A model generated the notes under the pieces. That model searched no databases. It had not been told where the DNA came from and worked only from the letters and a program-made list of their open reading frames with translations. A program made the position numbers and the translations under genes. Of a stretch of DNA of 64,000 nt, positions 19,161 through 29,119 are shown in pieces. Position 1 is the first letter of the stretch. The number at the start of each line of letters is the position of its first letter. Source of the DNA: Candidatus Latescibacterota bacterium (GTDB lineage Bacteria > Latescibacterota > UBA2968 > UBA8231); contig OZ242318.1 in assembly GCA_965208105.1 (NCBI GenBank), forward strand, positions 1,536,001 to 1,600,000, in the 5' to 3' direction.

Positions 19161-21275
19161 TCACCTTCCCACCCTGACCGCTCTTACGCGGTTGTTGTAG
19201 CGGTCGCTGATCAATAGAATGCGGCCGTCGTAGAAGCACAATCCCTGGGGCGTGTTCAGCCGCGCCCCGGTTGCCGGACCGCCGTCCCCCGCATCTCCTC
19301 CTTCGCCGCAGCCGGCCACCGTCTCCAGGGTCCCGTCCCGGGCGATGCGCCTCACCCTGTGGTTGCCCGAATCTGAAAAATATATCTGTCCACCGGGGGA
19401 GACGGCCACGCCCGACGGGGTATCGATCTTCGCCGCGGATGCCGGCGTGCCGTCCGCCGCGCATCCAGCCTGCCCCGTGCCCGCAAGGGTCGAGATGATT
19501 CCGTTGCGGTCCACCTTGCGAACCACGTGATGGGCGCTGTCGGCAAAGTAGATCCGGCCCGCGGCATCGCAGCATATGGCCATGGGATCGCCGATGCGCG
19601 CCCGGGTCGCCGGGCCGCCGTCGCCGCTGTAGCCCGGCAGACCGATACCCGCCGCCGTGGTTATGATTCCCGTGCCCGCGTCCACCCTGCGGATGCGGCC
19701 CACCCCGTCGCCGATGTAGATGTGATCCCCGGGCCCGTGGGCCACGGCGAGGACGCTCACCAGGCAGGCGCAGCGGGCGGGACCGCCGTCGCCCTTGTCC
19801 CACTGAAACGCGGCGCCCGCCAGGTTGTGGATGGTGCCGCCGCGGTCCACCCCGCGCACGTGTCCGTGGCGGGTGTCGGCGATAACCACCTGGCCGCGGG
19901 AATCCACCGACACGTCGTGGGGGTTTCCCAGGTAGGCCTCGACCGCGGGGCCGCCGTCGCCGCCGTAGGCGCGGGCGCCGTTGCCCGCCACCGTGCGAAT
20001 GCTGCCGTTCTCGGCGGAGATGGCCCGGATGCGCTGGTTCCAGGTGTCGGCGACGTAGATGTCCCCATCGGGGCCGACCGCCAGACCGTCGGGGCCGCAG
20101 AGGAAAGCGCTGGTGGCCGCCTCGCCGTCGTGCACGCTGGTGCCTCCCAGCGCCGTGGTCACGATCCCGGTCGCGCCGTCGCAGCGCCGCAGGCGGCCCG
20201 AGCAGTCGCCCCAGTAGACGGTGCCGTCGGCGTCGGCCCAGATCCCCGACTCGCAGGAGTTGCACCGGGTGCGGGAGCCGTGCAGGCCTTCCTCCCCGAA
20301 GCCGGGCACCCCGTCCCCCACCAGGGTGGTCACGATGCCGGTGGCCGCATCCACCTTGCGCACCCTGAAGCCGTATTTCTCGCCCACGTAGAGGTTGTCG
20401 TGGACGTCGAAGCAGATGGCGTCCGGCATCAGGGTGCTGGCCTCCACCGCGGGACCGCCGTCGCCGTTGGATGCGCGCTGGCCGTTGCCCAGCACCGTGG
20501 TGACGATGCCGCTGCGGCGGTCGATCCTGCGAATGCGGTCGTTCGAGTTGTCGCACACGTAGAGGTTGTCCCGGGAGTCCAGGGCCAGGTGCTCGGGGTG
20601 GTAGAAAGCCGCTTCGGCAGCCGGTCCGCCGTCTCCGTGGTAGCCCATCAGGCTGAGGCCCGGTCCGGCAAAGGGGCGGCTCGCCCCGCGCTCCGAAGGA
20701 TAGTGGCGCGCGCTGAGGCCATAGACGGTCTCGATGATTCCCGTCTCGGCGTCCACGCGGCGGATATTGTTCATCCACTCGCTGGAGAGGAAGAGATCGC
20801 CGGCAGCGTCCACCGCTACTCCGCTGGTGCAGTCGAGTTCGGCCTCCACGGCGGGACCGCCGTCGCCGCCGCGGCCGCGGCGGCCGCTGCCGGCCGCACG
20901 GGTGATGACCCCCGTGCGGCAGTCGATGCGGCGGATGGTATCGTTGCCCAGGTCGGAGAGGTAGAGGTTGCCCTCCCGGTCCTGGCACAGGTCGTGGGGG
21001 TGGTAGAAACGCGCTTCCAGGGCAGGACCGCCGTCGCCCCTGTCGCCCGGGACCCCGTCCCCGGCGAAGGCGTGCAGAACCCCCTCCCGGTCGATGCGCC
21101 AGATGCGGTGGGCGTTGTAGTCGACCACGATGAGATCGGCGTCGGGTCGCCGCACCACTCCCAGGGGCCAGCCGGCGTCAGCTTCCCGCGCCGGAATGCC
21201 GTCGGCGTATCCCACCCCGGCGACCGTCGTTATGCATCCCTCCGGAAGGGCGTCGAAGCGGCTCTTCAATTTCAT
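19161..21275 (-). CDS. NHL-repeat beta-propeller protein (multiple GDGGPA repeats)
   Basis: About 12 repeats of G.GDGGPA..A....P..(L/V)A.D..G.(L/I)Y..D..N.RIR.(I/V)D..G.I.T.AG; no signal peptide. Confidence 0.9.
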   Translation of the reverse strand: MKLKSRFDALPEGCITTVAGVGYADGIPAREADAGWPLGVVRRPDADLIVVDYNAHRIWRIDREGVLHAFAGDGVPGDRGDGGPALEARFYHPHDLCQDREGNLYLSDLGNDTIRRIDCRTGVITRAAGSGRRGRGGDGGPAVEAELDCTSGVAVDAAGDLFLSSEWMNNIRRVDAETGIIETVYGLSARHYPSERGASRPFAGPGLSLMGYHGDGGPAAEAAFYHPEHLALDSRDNLYVCDNSNDRIRRIDRRSGIVTTVLGNGQRASNGDGGPAVEASTLMPDAICFDVHDNLYVGEKYGFRVRKVDAATGIVTTLVGDGVPGFGEEGLHGSRTRCNSCESGIWADADGTVYWGDCSGRLRRCDGATGIVTTALGGTSVHDGEAATSAFLCGPDGLAVGPDGDIYVADTWNQRIRAISAENGSIRTVAGNGARAYGGDGGPAVEAYLGNPHDVSVDSRGQVVIADTRHGHVRGVDRGGTIHNLAGAAFQWDKGDGGPARCACLVSVLAVAHGPGDHIYIGDGVGRIRRVDAGTGIITTAAGIGLPGYSGDGGPATRARIGDPMAICCDAAGRIYFADSAHHVVRKVDRNGIISTLAGTGQAGCAADGTPASAAKIDTPSGVAVSPGGQIYFSDSGNHRVRRIARDGTLETVAGCGEGGDAGDGGPATGARLNTPQGLCFYDGRILLISDRYNNRVRAVRVGR

Positions 21276-21413
21276 GGTTGCAACTCCTCTCTAACCTTCG
21301 TCCCGCCGGTTCCACGGGAAGGGAATCACCCGCGGCGAGGCAGAGGGGCAAGCTCCCGCGGCACCGCAGCCCGGGCGCCGCCCCTGGGCGGGCACAGTCC
21401 TTTCATGCACATC

Positions 21414-22571
21414 CTATATGCCCCGGATGGTTCCCCCGCTCGCGCTGGTATGAGGCAGGGGAGGACACGCGGCAATTTCCTCCTCGACCAGCTCCAGCCC
21501 CCAGCCGGGCGCCGAGCCGAGCTCCACGTAGCCGTCGCGCTGGCGCTCGAATCCACGGCATACGGCAAAGTAGGAAGCATCGTAGAACTCGGCGTGGTAC
21601 TCCTGGATCTCGAAGTTGACGATGGACGCGCAGAGATGCATCTCGGCCATTGCCCCCACCGGGGAGCACACGTTGTGCGGGGCCATGGTGATGTGCCTGG
21701 CCTCGGCGATGGCGGCGATCTTCTTGAGCTCGGTGACCCCGCCGGCATTGGCGATGTCGGGCTGCAGCACGTCGGCGGCGTGGGCCTCCACCAGGCGCGC
21801 GAAGGGAAACTTGGTGTAGAGCCTCTCGCCCGTGGCGATGGGGATGTGGACCTTGCGACGCACCTCGAGGAGCTCGGAGATGTTCTCCTCCGAGACCGGC
21901 TCCTCGTACCACATGGGCCGGTATTCCTCCAGGCGCCTGCCCAGCTGGACCGCGGTCATGACGTTGAACTTGGCGTGAGCTTCGACGAGGATGTCCACCT
22001 TGGGCCCCACCGCCCGCCGCACCGCGGCAACCCGGTCCTGGGCGAGCTGCGCCTCCTCGAGTGAAATCCGGTAGTAGTTGGCCTGGCCGAAGGGGTCGAA
22101 CTTCAATGCGGTGTAGCCCATGTCGACGACCTTGCGCGCCTCTTCCGCGTTTTGCGCCGGGGTGCCCGGATTGGTGTACCAGCCATTGGCGTAGACCCTG
22201 ATCCTGCGGCGCTGGGCCCCTCCCAGGAGCTGGTGGACCGGACGGCCCAGGATCTTGCCCTTGAGGTCCCACAGGGCGATGTCGATGCCCGAAAGCGCCG
22301 TGGTGGCCAGGCGCCCACCGCGGGCGTGGGGTCCGTGGTACAGGGTGGTCCAGTGGACCTCGCTGTCCAGCGGGTCCGCCCCCTCCAGGTAGCGGCTGAC
22401 GAAATAGCGCGTCAGGCTCCTGACCTCCTCGTCGTGCTCCATGGAGCTGGCGTCCCCAAGTCCGTAGAGGCCGGGATCGTCGGTATTGAGCTTGACCACG
22501 AGCCAGTTGCGCGAGGCATTGCTGTGGCGGGCCGAGAACCGGCGGAACTCCACGTCCTTGATGACGGGCAT
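21414..22571 (-). CDS. mandelate racemase/muconate lactonizing enzyme family (galactonate dehydratase-like)
   Basis: SGIDIALWDLKGK, YANGWY, ALKFDPFG, EAH, WYEEP, PIATGER, QPD, APHN. Confidence 0.9.
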   Translation of the reverse strand: MPVIKDVEFRRFSARHSNASRNWLVVKLNTDDPGLYGLGDASSMEHDEEVRSLTRYFVSRYLEGADPLDSEVHWTTLYHGPHARGGRLATTALSGIDIALWDLKGKILGRPVHQLLGGAQRRRIRVYANGWYTNPGTPAQNAEEARKVVDMGYTALKFDPFGQANYYRISLEEAQLAQDRVAAVRRAVGPKVDILVEAHAKFNVMTAVQLGRRLEEYRPMWYEEPVSEENISELLEVRRKVHIPIATGERLYTKFPFARLVEAHAADVLQPDIANAGGVTELKKIAAIAEARHITMAPHNVCSPVGAMAEMHLCASIVNFEIQEYHAEFYDASYFAVCRGFERQRDGYVELGSAPGWGLELVEEEIAACPPLPHTSASGGTIRGI

Positions 22572-22985
22572 TTGCCATTCCTTCCACTTGTTTCCCGGGA
22601 CCTGGCAGGCAGGTGGCGAAAAGCCATGCATCGGTCCTGTGGTCCCCTGGCTGGCAGGGCACCCCGCCGCGCCTTCATCCCCCTTGCTGCCCATCGGGAC
22701 CCGGCTCCAACCCGGCGGCCGGGCGGCGGCCTCTGCCGGACTTCGGTTGGAGGTCCCCGCTCCCCGGCAAACCCGGCTCAGGGCGCCAATTCTAACAAGA
22801 ACGAGGGCCCGGCGCCAGCTATCGGGCCATTGACAAGGCTCCCCATAAACCCCTTTATCCCCTCTGCATTTTTACGGCAGCCGCAGGAAAACCCCGCGAG
22901 GCTCCTAACGCTCCGGCGGACCTGGTCCCAAGAGGCGGGGACATGCCCGGTCCGGTTTGGTTGCCCGAGAAGGGACGAGAATGGA

Positions 22986-24407
22986 ATGAGCGCGGACGAG
23001 GAATTCGTCGTGCCCACCGGCCAGCGCCAGTTGTTCATCGACGGCCACGGGATCGAAAGCATGGACAACCTGGCTCGCCGCCTGCACCAGCCGTCGAAGA
23101 AGGGAGCGGTCATTCGGCCGGACTTCACCCGGGGTGAGCGCGGGGTGCAGACGCGCAGCGCCCCCCACTGGGACCCGGAGGCGGAGGCATTCCGCCTGCT
23201 TGCCGACGGGGAGTGGTACCGCAGCCGCGACGGAATTCACTGGATCAGGGAGGACAGGCAGCCCCGAGGCGGGGACCGCGGTCCAGCTCACCACCTCCTG
23301 TGCGACGGCGGCGATGCCGAAAGGCGCTACAAGGGCTTCACCATGCACACCCTCGACCTGGACACGGGCAAGGTGGTGGAGGACGATGCGGAGATTGCCG
23401 ACCCGGAGGGAAAGCCGTGGCCGGGGAAGAAATTCGCCGGCATGCTGGACTTCGCCGTCTCCTCCGACGGCCTCCGCTGGAGGAAGCTGCCGCCTTCTCT
23501 GCCCAGCGGCGACGAGCAGAACCTGAGCTATGATCCCCTGGGCCGGCAGTACGTCGCCACCATCAAGCGCGGCGGGGAATACGGCCGCGCCCATGCCATC
23601 ACCACCAGCCAGGACTTCGAGAACTGGAGCGAGCCGGAGCTGACCATTCAGGCCGACGGCCTCGACCAGGAACTGGGCCGCCTGCACATCGCCGAGTATC
23701 TCGAGACGTCCAATGCGGACTATCTCAGGCCCTTTCCCCGCACGCCCCAGTGGCAGTGGCACAACGTCGACATCTACAACGCCGCGGTCTTCCGCTACGA
23801 GGGGATCTTCCTTGCCCTGCCCGCCGTCTACCACGCCCGCGGCGAACGCTGGACCAGCCACACCCTGCGCTTCACCCTGATCCAGCTGTGGTGCAGCCGC
23901 GATCTGCGCAGCTGGGAGCGGGTGGACCGGCGCGGGACCTTCATCCCCTGGTCGCAGGGAGCATCCGGCGCCTACGACCTGAACAAGAACATGCCCCCTT
24001 CCTGCCCCCTGGTGCGCGGAGACGAGCTGTGGTTCTACTACACCGGCGGCAAGGAATACTCGGTGTATCCCGACCCCGATCCCGACCGCTTCGCCGTCTG
24101 CCTGGCTCTGCTGCGGCGCGACGGCTTCGTCTCGGTGGACGCCGGCGCCGAGGAGGGCGCGATCCTGACCAGGCCATTCGCGCCGCCCCGGGGATCACTG
24201 CGGGTCAACGCCGACGCCCGCCATGGCCGGCTGAAGGTCGAGGTCACCGACATGGAGGGGCACCCCCTGACCACCTCGGAGCCGATCGAGGGGGACCACC
24301 CCCGTTTGGAGGTGCCCTGGAGCGCGGGGGCTCCCACCAAAGCTGGTTCCGTGCGCCTGCGCTTCACCCTGCGCCGCGCCAGCCTCTACTCCTACTGGTT
24401 CGAGTGA
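22986..24407 (+). CDS. glycoside-hydrolase-like beta-propeller protein
   Basis: RQLFID, SRDGIHW, SSDGLRW, SRDLRSW, DELWFYY, RRDGFVS, LYSYWFE. Confidence 0.7.
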   Translation: MSADEEFVVPTGQRQLFIDGHGIESMDNLARRLHQPSKKGAVIRPDFTRGERGVQTRSAPHWDPEAEAFRLLADGEWYRSRDGIHWIREDRQPRGGDRGPAHHLLCDGGDAERRYKGFTMHTLDLDTGKVVEDDAEIADPEGKPWPGKKFAGMLDFAVSSDGLRWRKLPPSLPSGDEQNLSYDPLGRQYVATIKRGGEYGRAHAITTSQDFENWSEPELTIQADGLDQELGRLHIAEYLETSNADYLRPFPRTPQWQWHNVDIYNAAVFRYEGIFLALPAVYHARGERWTSHTLRFTLIQLWCSRDLRSWERVDRRGTFIPWSQGASGAYDLNKNMPPSCPLVRGDELWFYYTGGKEYSVYPDPDPDRFAVCLALLRRDGFVSVDAGAEEGAILTRPFAPPRGSLRVNADARHGRLKVEVTDMEGHPLTTSEPIEGDHPRLEVPWSAGAPTKAGSVRLRFTLRRASLYSYWFE

Positions 24408-24468
24408 GATCTCAGATGCAGACCCGGGAATCCACCTGAACATCAACCCCACTCACAGCGAGGCCGAA

Positions 24469-25971
24469 ATGAAATACTTGTTCATCGACGACGGCGACCT
24501 GGAAGAAATCGACAACCTTGCGCGCAAGCTGCACCAGCCGCAGAAATTCCCCCGCAACGTGGCTCTGCGCCCGGAGCACCGCTGGGAGAACTGCGCCATT
24601 CAGATCCGCACCACCCCTGCCTGGGTGCCCGAGGAGGGCGTGTTCAAGGCCATCTACATGGCCTCTTCCGAAGGACCCGATCCGCAGGTCACCCTGGACG
24701 TGACCGGCAATCCCGAGGGGGGCGAGTCGTTCTTCTGTCTGGCCACCTCCAGCGACGGAGTAAACTGGGAGAAGCCGACCCTGGGCCTGCACGATTATCC
24801 CGGCCTGCTGTGGAACGGCAAGCGCATCGGCACCGAGAACAACATCCTTCCCACCGAGGGCAGAATGCTGCTGGCCCCCATCTACGACCCTCTCGATACC
24901 GACCCGGGGCGGCGCTACAAGGGCATGGGCTGGTTTCCGGAACGGTCCGGTCTGACACCGGCGGTTTCCGCCGACTGCATCAACTGGACTCCGCTGGCTC
25001 ACAGCAACGTCCCCAGCTCCGACGAGGCCCACCTCACCCATCTGCGCCGGGAAAAGCTCTTCGTCGCCATGGTGAAGAACCGGGGGCCGGACGGCCGCGC
25101 ACCCTACGGCCGCAGCTTCTGCCTCACCACCAGCGAGGACTTCGAGAACTGGAGCGCGCAGGAGCTGGTTTTCCACGCCGACCAGCAGGACCAGGAGAAC
25201 GGCATGGAGCGCATCGCCCGCTTCGTGGAGGACCCCGAGTACCTGAGCCCGGTCTACAACCGCCCCGAGGAATACCGCACCGACGTCTACAACTTCCCCG
25301 CCTTCAGGTACGAGGGCCTCTATCTGGCGCTTCCCGTCATGCACCACTGGACCGGCAAGCATCCCCCCCTCTACGAGAACGTCGACAGCCGCAAATCGGT
25401 GGAGCTGGCCTCCAGCCGCGACCTGCGGCGCTGGGAGCGGGTGGCCAACCGGGCGCCCTTCCTGGAGCTCTCCAGGGTGGGAGACGGCAGCGCCTACGAT
25501 ACGGGCCAGCTCCTGGTCACCAACGGCCCGGTGGTGCGCAACAACGAGCTCTGGTTCTACTACCTGGGATGCCGCCACCGCAGCCAGTCCATCGCCGATA
25601 CCCTGAACCGAGAGTACCTGGACAGCACCGCGGCGTGCATGGCGCGGCTGCGCATGGACGGCTTCGTGTCCCTGAAGGGAGGCGTGGAATGGGGCTCCCT
25701 GCTGACCAGACCGGTCACCGTGGAGAACGACCGCCTCCACCTCAACGTCGACTCCTGGCGCGGCCAGGTGAAGGCGGAAATCCTCGACCCCGACGGCAAC
25801 CGGCCGCTGCCGGGATTCGGCGCCGAGGACTGCATTCCCGCCGTGGTGGACAGCATCGACGAGCCGGTGCGGTGGAAGGAGAAGGAGGACCTCTCCGAGC
25901 TCCGGGGCAGGAAGGTTCGCATCCGGCTTTCCATCCTGCAGGGCGAGCTCTATGCCTTCTGGTTCGCGTGA
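24469..25971 (+). CDS. glycoside-hydrolase-like beta-propeller protein
   Basis: YLFIDD, SSDGVNWEKP, SRDLRRW, NELWFYY, RMDGFVS, LYAFWFA. Confidence 0.7.
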   Translation: MKYLFIDDGDLEEIDNLARKLHQPQKFPRNVALRPEHRWENCAIQIRTTPAWVPEEGVFKAIYMASSEGPDPQVTLDVTGNPEGGESFFCLATSSDGVNWEKPTLGLHDYPGLLWNGKRIGTENNILPTEGRMLLAPIYDPLDTDPGRRYKGMGWFPERSGLTPAVSADCINWTPLAHSNVPSSDEAHLTHLRREKLFVAMVKNRGPDGRAPYGRSFCLTTSEDFENWSAQELVFHADQQDQENGMERIARFVEDPEYLSPVYNRPEEYRTDVYNFPAFRYEGLYLALPVMHHWTGKHPPLYENVDSRKSVELASSRDLRRWERVANRAPFLELSRVGDGSAYDTGQLLVTNGPVVRNNELWFYYLGCRHRSQSIADTLNREYLDSTAACMARLRMDGFVSLKGGVEWGSLLTRPVTVENDRLHLNVDSWRGQVKAEILDPDGNRPLPGFGAEDCIPAVVDSIDEPVRWKEKEDLSELRGRKVRIRLSILQGELYAFWFA

Positions 25972-26116
25972 AAACACCCGCCCGCCCCGGTGATCGGGCT
26001 CCGGGCATCCCGCCGGACCCCGGAGCCCGGGAAAACCCGGGGAGGTCCAACAGCGAAGGCCATCATCCGCCCACCTGCGGCGCGGATGGGGCTGACAACC
26101 CACAGGAGAATTCTAC

Positions 26117-26902
26117 ATGCGGAGAAGCAAAGTTCTGAACAAGATTCGCAGCGGCAAATGCGCCCGCATCTGCGGCATGGGGCATTACCTGCCCTTTCTC
26201 GTGCGCTACGCCGCCCACTTCAACTTCGACGGCATCTGGTTCGACCTGGAGCATCGGGCAATGGGCGACCGCGAGGTCCAGAGCGTCCTGACCCTGGCCC
26301 ACTACAACGACATCGACATCATGCTGCGGCCTCCCACCACCGAGCGCACCCGCCTCTACCGCTATCTCGAAGACGGCGCCACCGGGTTCATGATCCCCTT
26401 CGTCTCCGATGCCGGGACCGCCCGCGCCCTCGTCGAGGCGGTCAAGTTCCCCCCCATGGGCAACCGGGGCCTCGACGGCGCCGGCCTCGATGCCGACTTC
26501 GCCCTGGACTACTGGAAGGATCCCGATTCCTACCTCGATGGCGCCAACCGCGAGACCTTCATCGTCGCCCAGATCGAGACCCCTGAAGCGCTGGACAACC
26601 TGGACGATATCGCCGCCGTCGATGGCATCGACCTGCTCTTCGTCGGACCCGGCGATCTCGGCACGAGGCTGAGACGCGCCGATGGAGTCGACCTGGAGGA
26701 GGCCATAGTCCAGGTCGCCGAGACAGCGAAGAAACACGGCAAGGCCTGGGGCATCCCCGGCTCCTCCCCGGAAGCCATGGCCCGCTATCACGCCCTGGGG
26801 GCGCAGATGCTCGCCATGGGAGGAGACTTCAGCCTGATAAAGGTGCTCGAGGAAAGCGCTGCCGAGTTCGACAAGCTGCCGGGAGAAAGCGGGGCCGGCT
26901 GA
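26117..26902 (+). CDS. HpcH/HpaI aldolase family protein
   Basis: FDLEH, GATGFMIP, KFPPMGNRG, QIETPEA, LFVGPGDL. Confidence 0.9.
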   Translation: MRRSKVLNKIRSGKCARICGMGHYLPFLVRYAAHFNFDGIWFDLEHRAMGDREVQSVLTLAHYNDIDIMLRPPTTERTRLYRYLEDGATGFMIPFVSDAGTARALVEAVKFPPMGNRGLDGAGLDADFALDYWKDPDSYLDGANRETFIVAQIETPEALDNLDDIAAVDGIDLLFVGPGDLGTRLRRADGVDLEEAIVQVAETAKKHGKAWGIPGSSPEAMARYHALGAQMLAMGGDFSLIKVLEESAAEFDKLPGESGAG

Positions 26903-26904
26903 TC

Positions 26905-26933
26905 CCTTAGCCGCGGAAACTCCGCGGCTAAGG
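26905..26933. repeat. perfect 13-bp intergenic hairpin
   Basis: ccttagccgcgga-aac-tccgcggctaagg; no U-tract. Confidence 0.7.
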
Positions 26934-27004
26934 CGTCCGGCCGGTCCAGCAAGGCGGAGGACGGCCGCACCGGGCCGCCCACGGCGACAACCAAGGAGAG
27001 GGAA

Positions 27005-27586
27005 ATGAGAAGCATCGTCTGCATCGGCGATTCGATCCGCATGGGATATATGCCCGCAGTGGAGAAAGTGCTGGAGGGCTGGGGAAAGGTACTGGGGATC
27101 GGGGAAGTCCAGGGGGGCAACACGCGCAATGTCCTGGCGCACCTCGACCAGTGGGCGATCCGCCCCGCGCCCGACATCGTCTACCTCAACGCCGGATTGC
27201 ACGACCTGGCCAGGGATCCGGGGCCGGGGCCGGAAAACCAGGTCCCTCCTTCCGAGTACTCCCTCAATCTGCGGCGGATCTTCGGCCGCCTGCGCCGGGA
27301 AACGGAGGCGCTGCTACTGTTCGCCCTGACCACTCCGGTGGACCTGGCGCGGCAGCACGCAGTCGACTACGCCAGCAACCGCACCATCGACGACGTGATT
27401 CTCTACAACGAGGCGGCCGCCCGGGTGACCGCGGAGCTCGGGATTCCCACCCTCGACCTCTACCAGGTAGCGGTGGACCAGGGAACGGACCGCATGCTCG
27501 GCGAGGACGGGGTCCACTTCACCGCTGCAGGTTCGGCGGTCCTCGGCCGGGCCGTGGCTGACTTCATCCGCAGCAAAGGAGGGTGA
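27005..27586 (+). CDS. SGNH/GDSL hydrolase
   Basis: IGDSI, GG, NAGLHD, DGVHF catalytic blocks. Confidence 0.9.
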   Translation: MRSIVCIGDSIRMGYMPAVEKVLEGWGKVLGIGEVQGGNTRNVLAHLDQWAIRPAPDIVYLNAGLHDLARDPGPGPENQVPPSEYSLNLRRIFGRLRRETEALLLFALTTPVDLARQHAVDYASNRTIDDVILYNEAAARVTAELGIPTLDLYQVAVDQGTDRMLGEDGVHFTAAGSAVLGRAVADFIRSKGG

Positions 27587-27636
27587 AACCGGAAGTCGCA
27601 GTCAATCCACCCCACAAACCGACTGGAGAAGTTCCC

Positions 27637-28167
27637 GTGAAAAAAATTCTGCTCACCGCCTTACTGTCCTCCCTGGTCCTTTTCGCCTGGGGTTTCGTCT
27701 CGTGGACCATCCTGCCCTGGCACAATACCGTCGCCAACAAGTTCAAAAGCGAAGCCGCCGTGGCCGAGGTCCTGAAACAGAATGCTCCGAGGGCCGGAAT
27801 CTACTACCTGCCCTTTGCCCAGGAAGATCAAAAGCCGGGGGAAACGGCCGCCTTCGTCAACGTCCTGCCGCGGGGCCTTCTCACGGGCATGGAAGGGATG
27901 ATGGGAAAGGCCGTGGTAGGTCAATTCGTCGCCGCCCTGCTCGTCATCCTCCTGCTGCGCACCACCTCGAACCTCGGCTACGCGGGACGGGTCGCCTTCG
28001 TCGGCCTCGTCGGGGTGGTCATCGGCTTCGCCAGCCATTTCCCCTACTGGAACTGGTTCGGATTTTCCACCAACTACGTGCTGGTCATCATCGCCGACTC
28101 GGCCGTCGCCTGGACCCTCGCAGGGCTGGTAATGGCCAGGTCCGTCACCGGCAGGACGGCATGGTAG
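27637..28167 (+). CDS. hypothetical membrane protein (about 4 TM)
   Basis: Hydrophobic segments, WGFVSW..LPWH and PYWNWFGF; GTG start after ggag. Confidence 0.75.
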   Translation: MKKILLTALLSSLVLFAWGFVSWTILPWHNTVANKFKSEAAVAEVLKQNAPRAGIYYLPFAQEDQKPGETAAFVNVLPRGLLTGMEGMMGKAVVGQFVAALLVILLLRTTSNLGYAGRVAFVGLVGVVIGFASHFPYWNWFGFSTNYVLVIIADSAVAWTLAGLVMARSVTGRTAW

Positions 28168-28183
28168 AATCCGTCTCGACCGG

Positions 28184-29110
28184 ATGGAAATGGAGCGGAT
28201 GAAAATGCTGGTGCGGGAGGACATCGTCCGCGGCCTGCGCGGGACTGGCCTGAAACCCGGCGACGTGGTCCTGGTGCACTCGGCCATGCGCACCTTCGGG
28301 CCCATCGACGGCGGCGCCGAGACGGTCATCGCCGCCTTCCTCGATGTAATCGGGGCGCGGGGGACCCTGGTGGCGCCCACTTTCACCTTCGCCCACGAGG
28401 GCGGGGACGATCCCGTGATCGACCCGGCCGCCGACCCATCGGAGATGGGCATCATCACCGAGACCCTGCGACGGCACCCGGATGCTCTCAGAAGCACGGC
28501 CTACCGCCACAGCTTCGCCGCGCTCGGCCACCGCGCCCGGGTCATCACCGAGGTTGACCCGGCGCTCTCCTCCTTCGACCTGCGCTCGACCTTCGGCGTC
28601 ATGCTGGCCCTGGACGCCCAGATCGTTCTCCTGGGACTGACCTACGCCAATTCCACCAGCCACCACTTCGCCGAATTCGTCTGCGACGTCCCCTACCGCC
28701 ACACCATTCCCATGACGGTCAGGCTGCGGCGCCCGGACGGCGCCGTCGCGCGCCAGCCCATGGTGGACTATCAGCCCAAGCCGGGGGCCGGAGGCGAGTA
28801 CTACGGCTCGCGCCGACCCGACTTCAACCGCCTGGGACGAATGCTCGAGGAACAGGGAACGGTGGGCATGGCCGGCATCGGCAACTGCGCCGTGCGCCGC
28901 TTCTCCATGCGCGATCTCGTCGACCTGGCGCAGGTGGAGGCCGCAAGGGACTACAACATCTTCCGCACCCCGGAGGGCAGGCCCGACTACTGCACCCCGC
29001 TCGACTTCGGAACGGTTGTGCTGAGCCCGGAGATGCTCGACGCCGCCGGCCGGCCGGGAAGGAATACCTGGTGCGTGATGGATCCCTCCCACCTGAAGAT
29101 GCCCGGCTGA
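28184..29110 (+). CDS. AAC(3)/YokD family N-acetyltransferase
   Basis: GLKPGDVVLVHSAM, GTLVAPTFT, MGIITE, SFAALG, ILLG..NSTSHHFAE; exact start uncertain (28184/28199/28205). Confidence 0.85.
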   Translation: MEMERMKMLVREDIVRGLRGTGLKPGDVVLVHSAMRTFGPIDGGAETVIAAFLDVIGARGTLVAPTFTFAHEGGDDPVIDPAADPSEMGIITETLRRHPDALRSTAYRHSFAALGHRARVITEVDPALSSFDLRSTFGVMLALDAQIVLLGLTYANSTSHHFAEFVCDVPYRHTIPMTVRLRRPDGAVARQPMVDYQPKPGAGGEYYGSRRPDFNRLGRMLEEQGTVGMAGIGNCAVRRFSMRDLVDLAQVEAARDYNIFRTPEGRPDYCTPLDFGTVVLSPEMLDAAGRPGRNTWCVMDPSHLKMPG

Positions 29111-29119
29111 ACCCCCGGA

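Noticed and set aside
19144-22064. Long overlapping/antisense ORFs (614 aa, 845 aa; similar ones throughout the window)
   Set aside because: Expected shadow ORFs in high-GC DNA, opposite or out of frame with well-supported genes, with no motifs
28184-29110. Bona fide aminoglycoside resistance gene
   Set aside because: Family membership only; host-like GC, metabolic context and no mobile element; activity cannot be inferred
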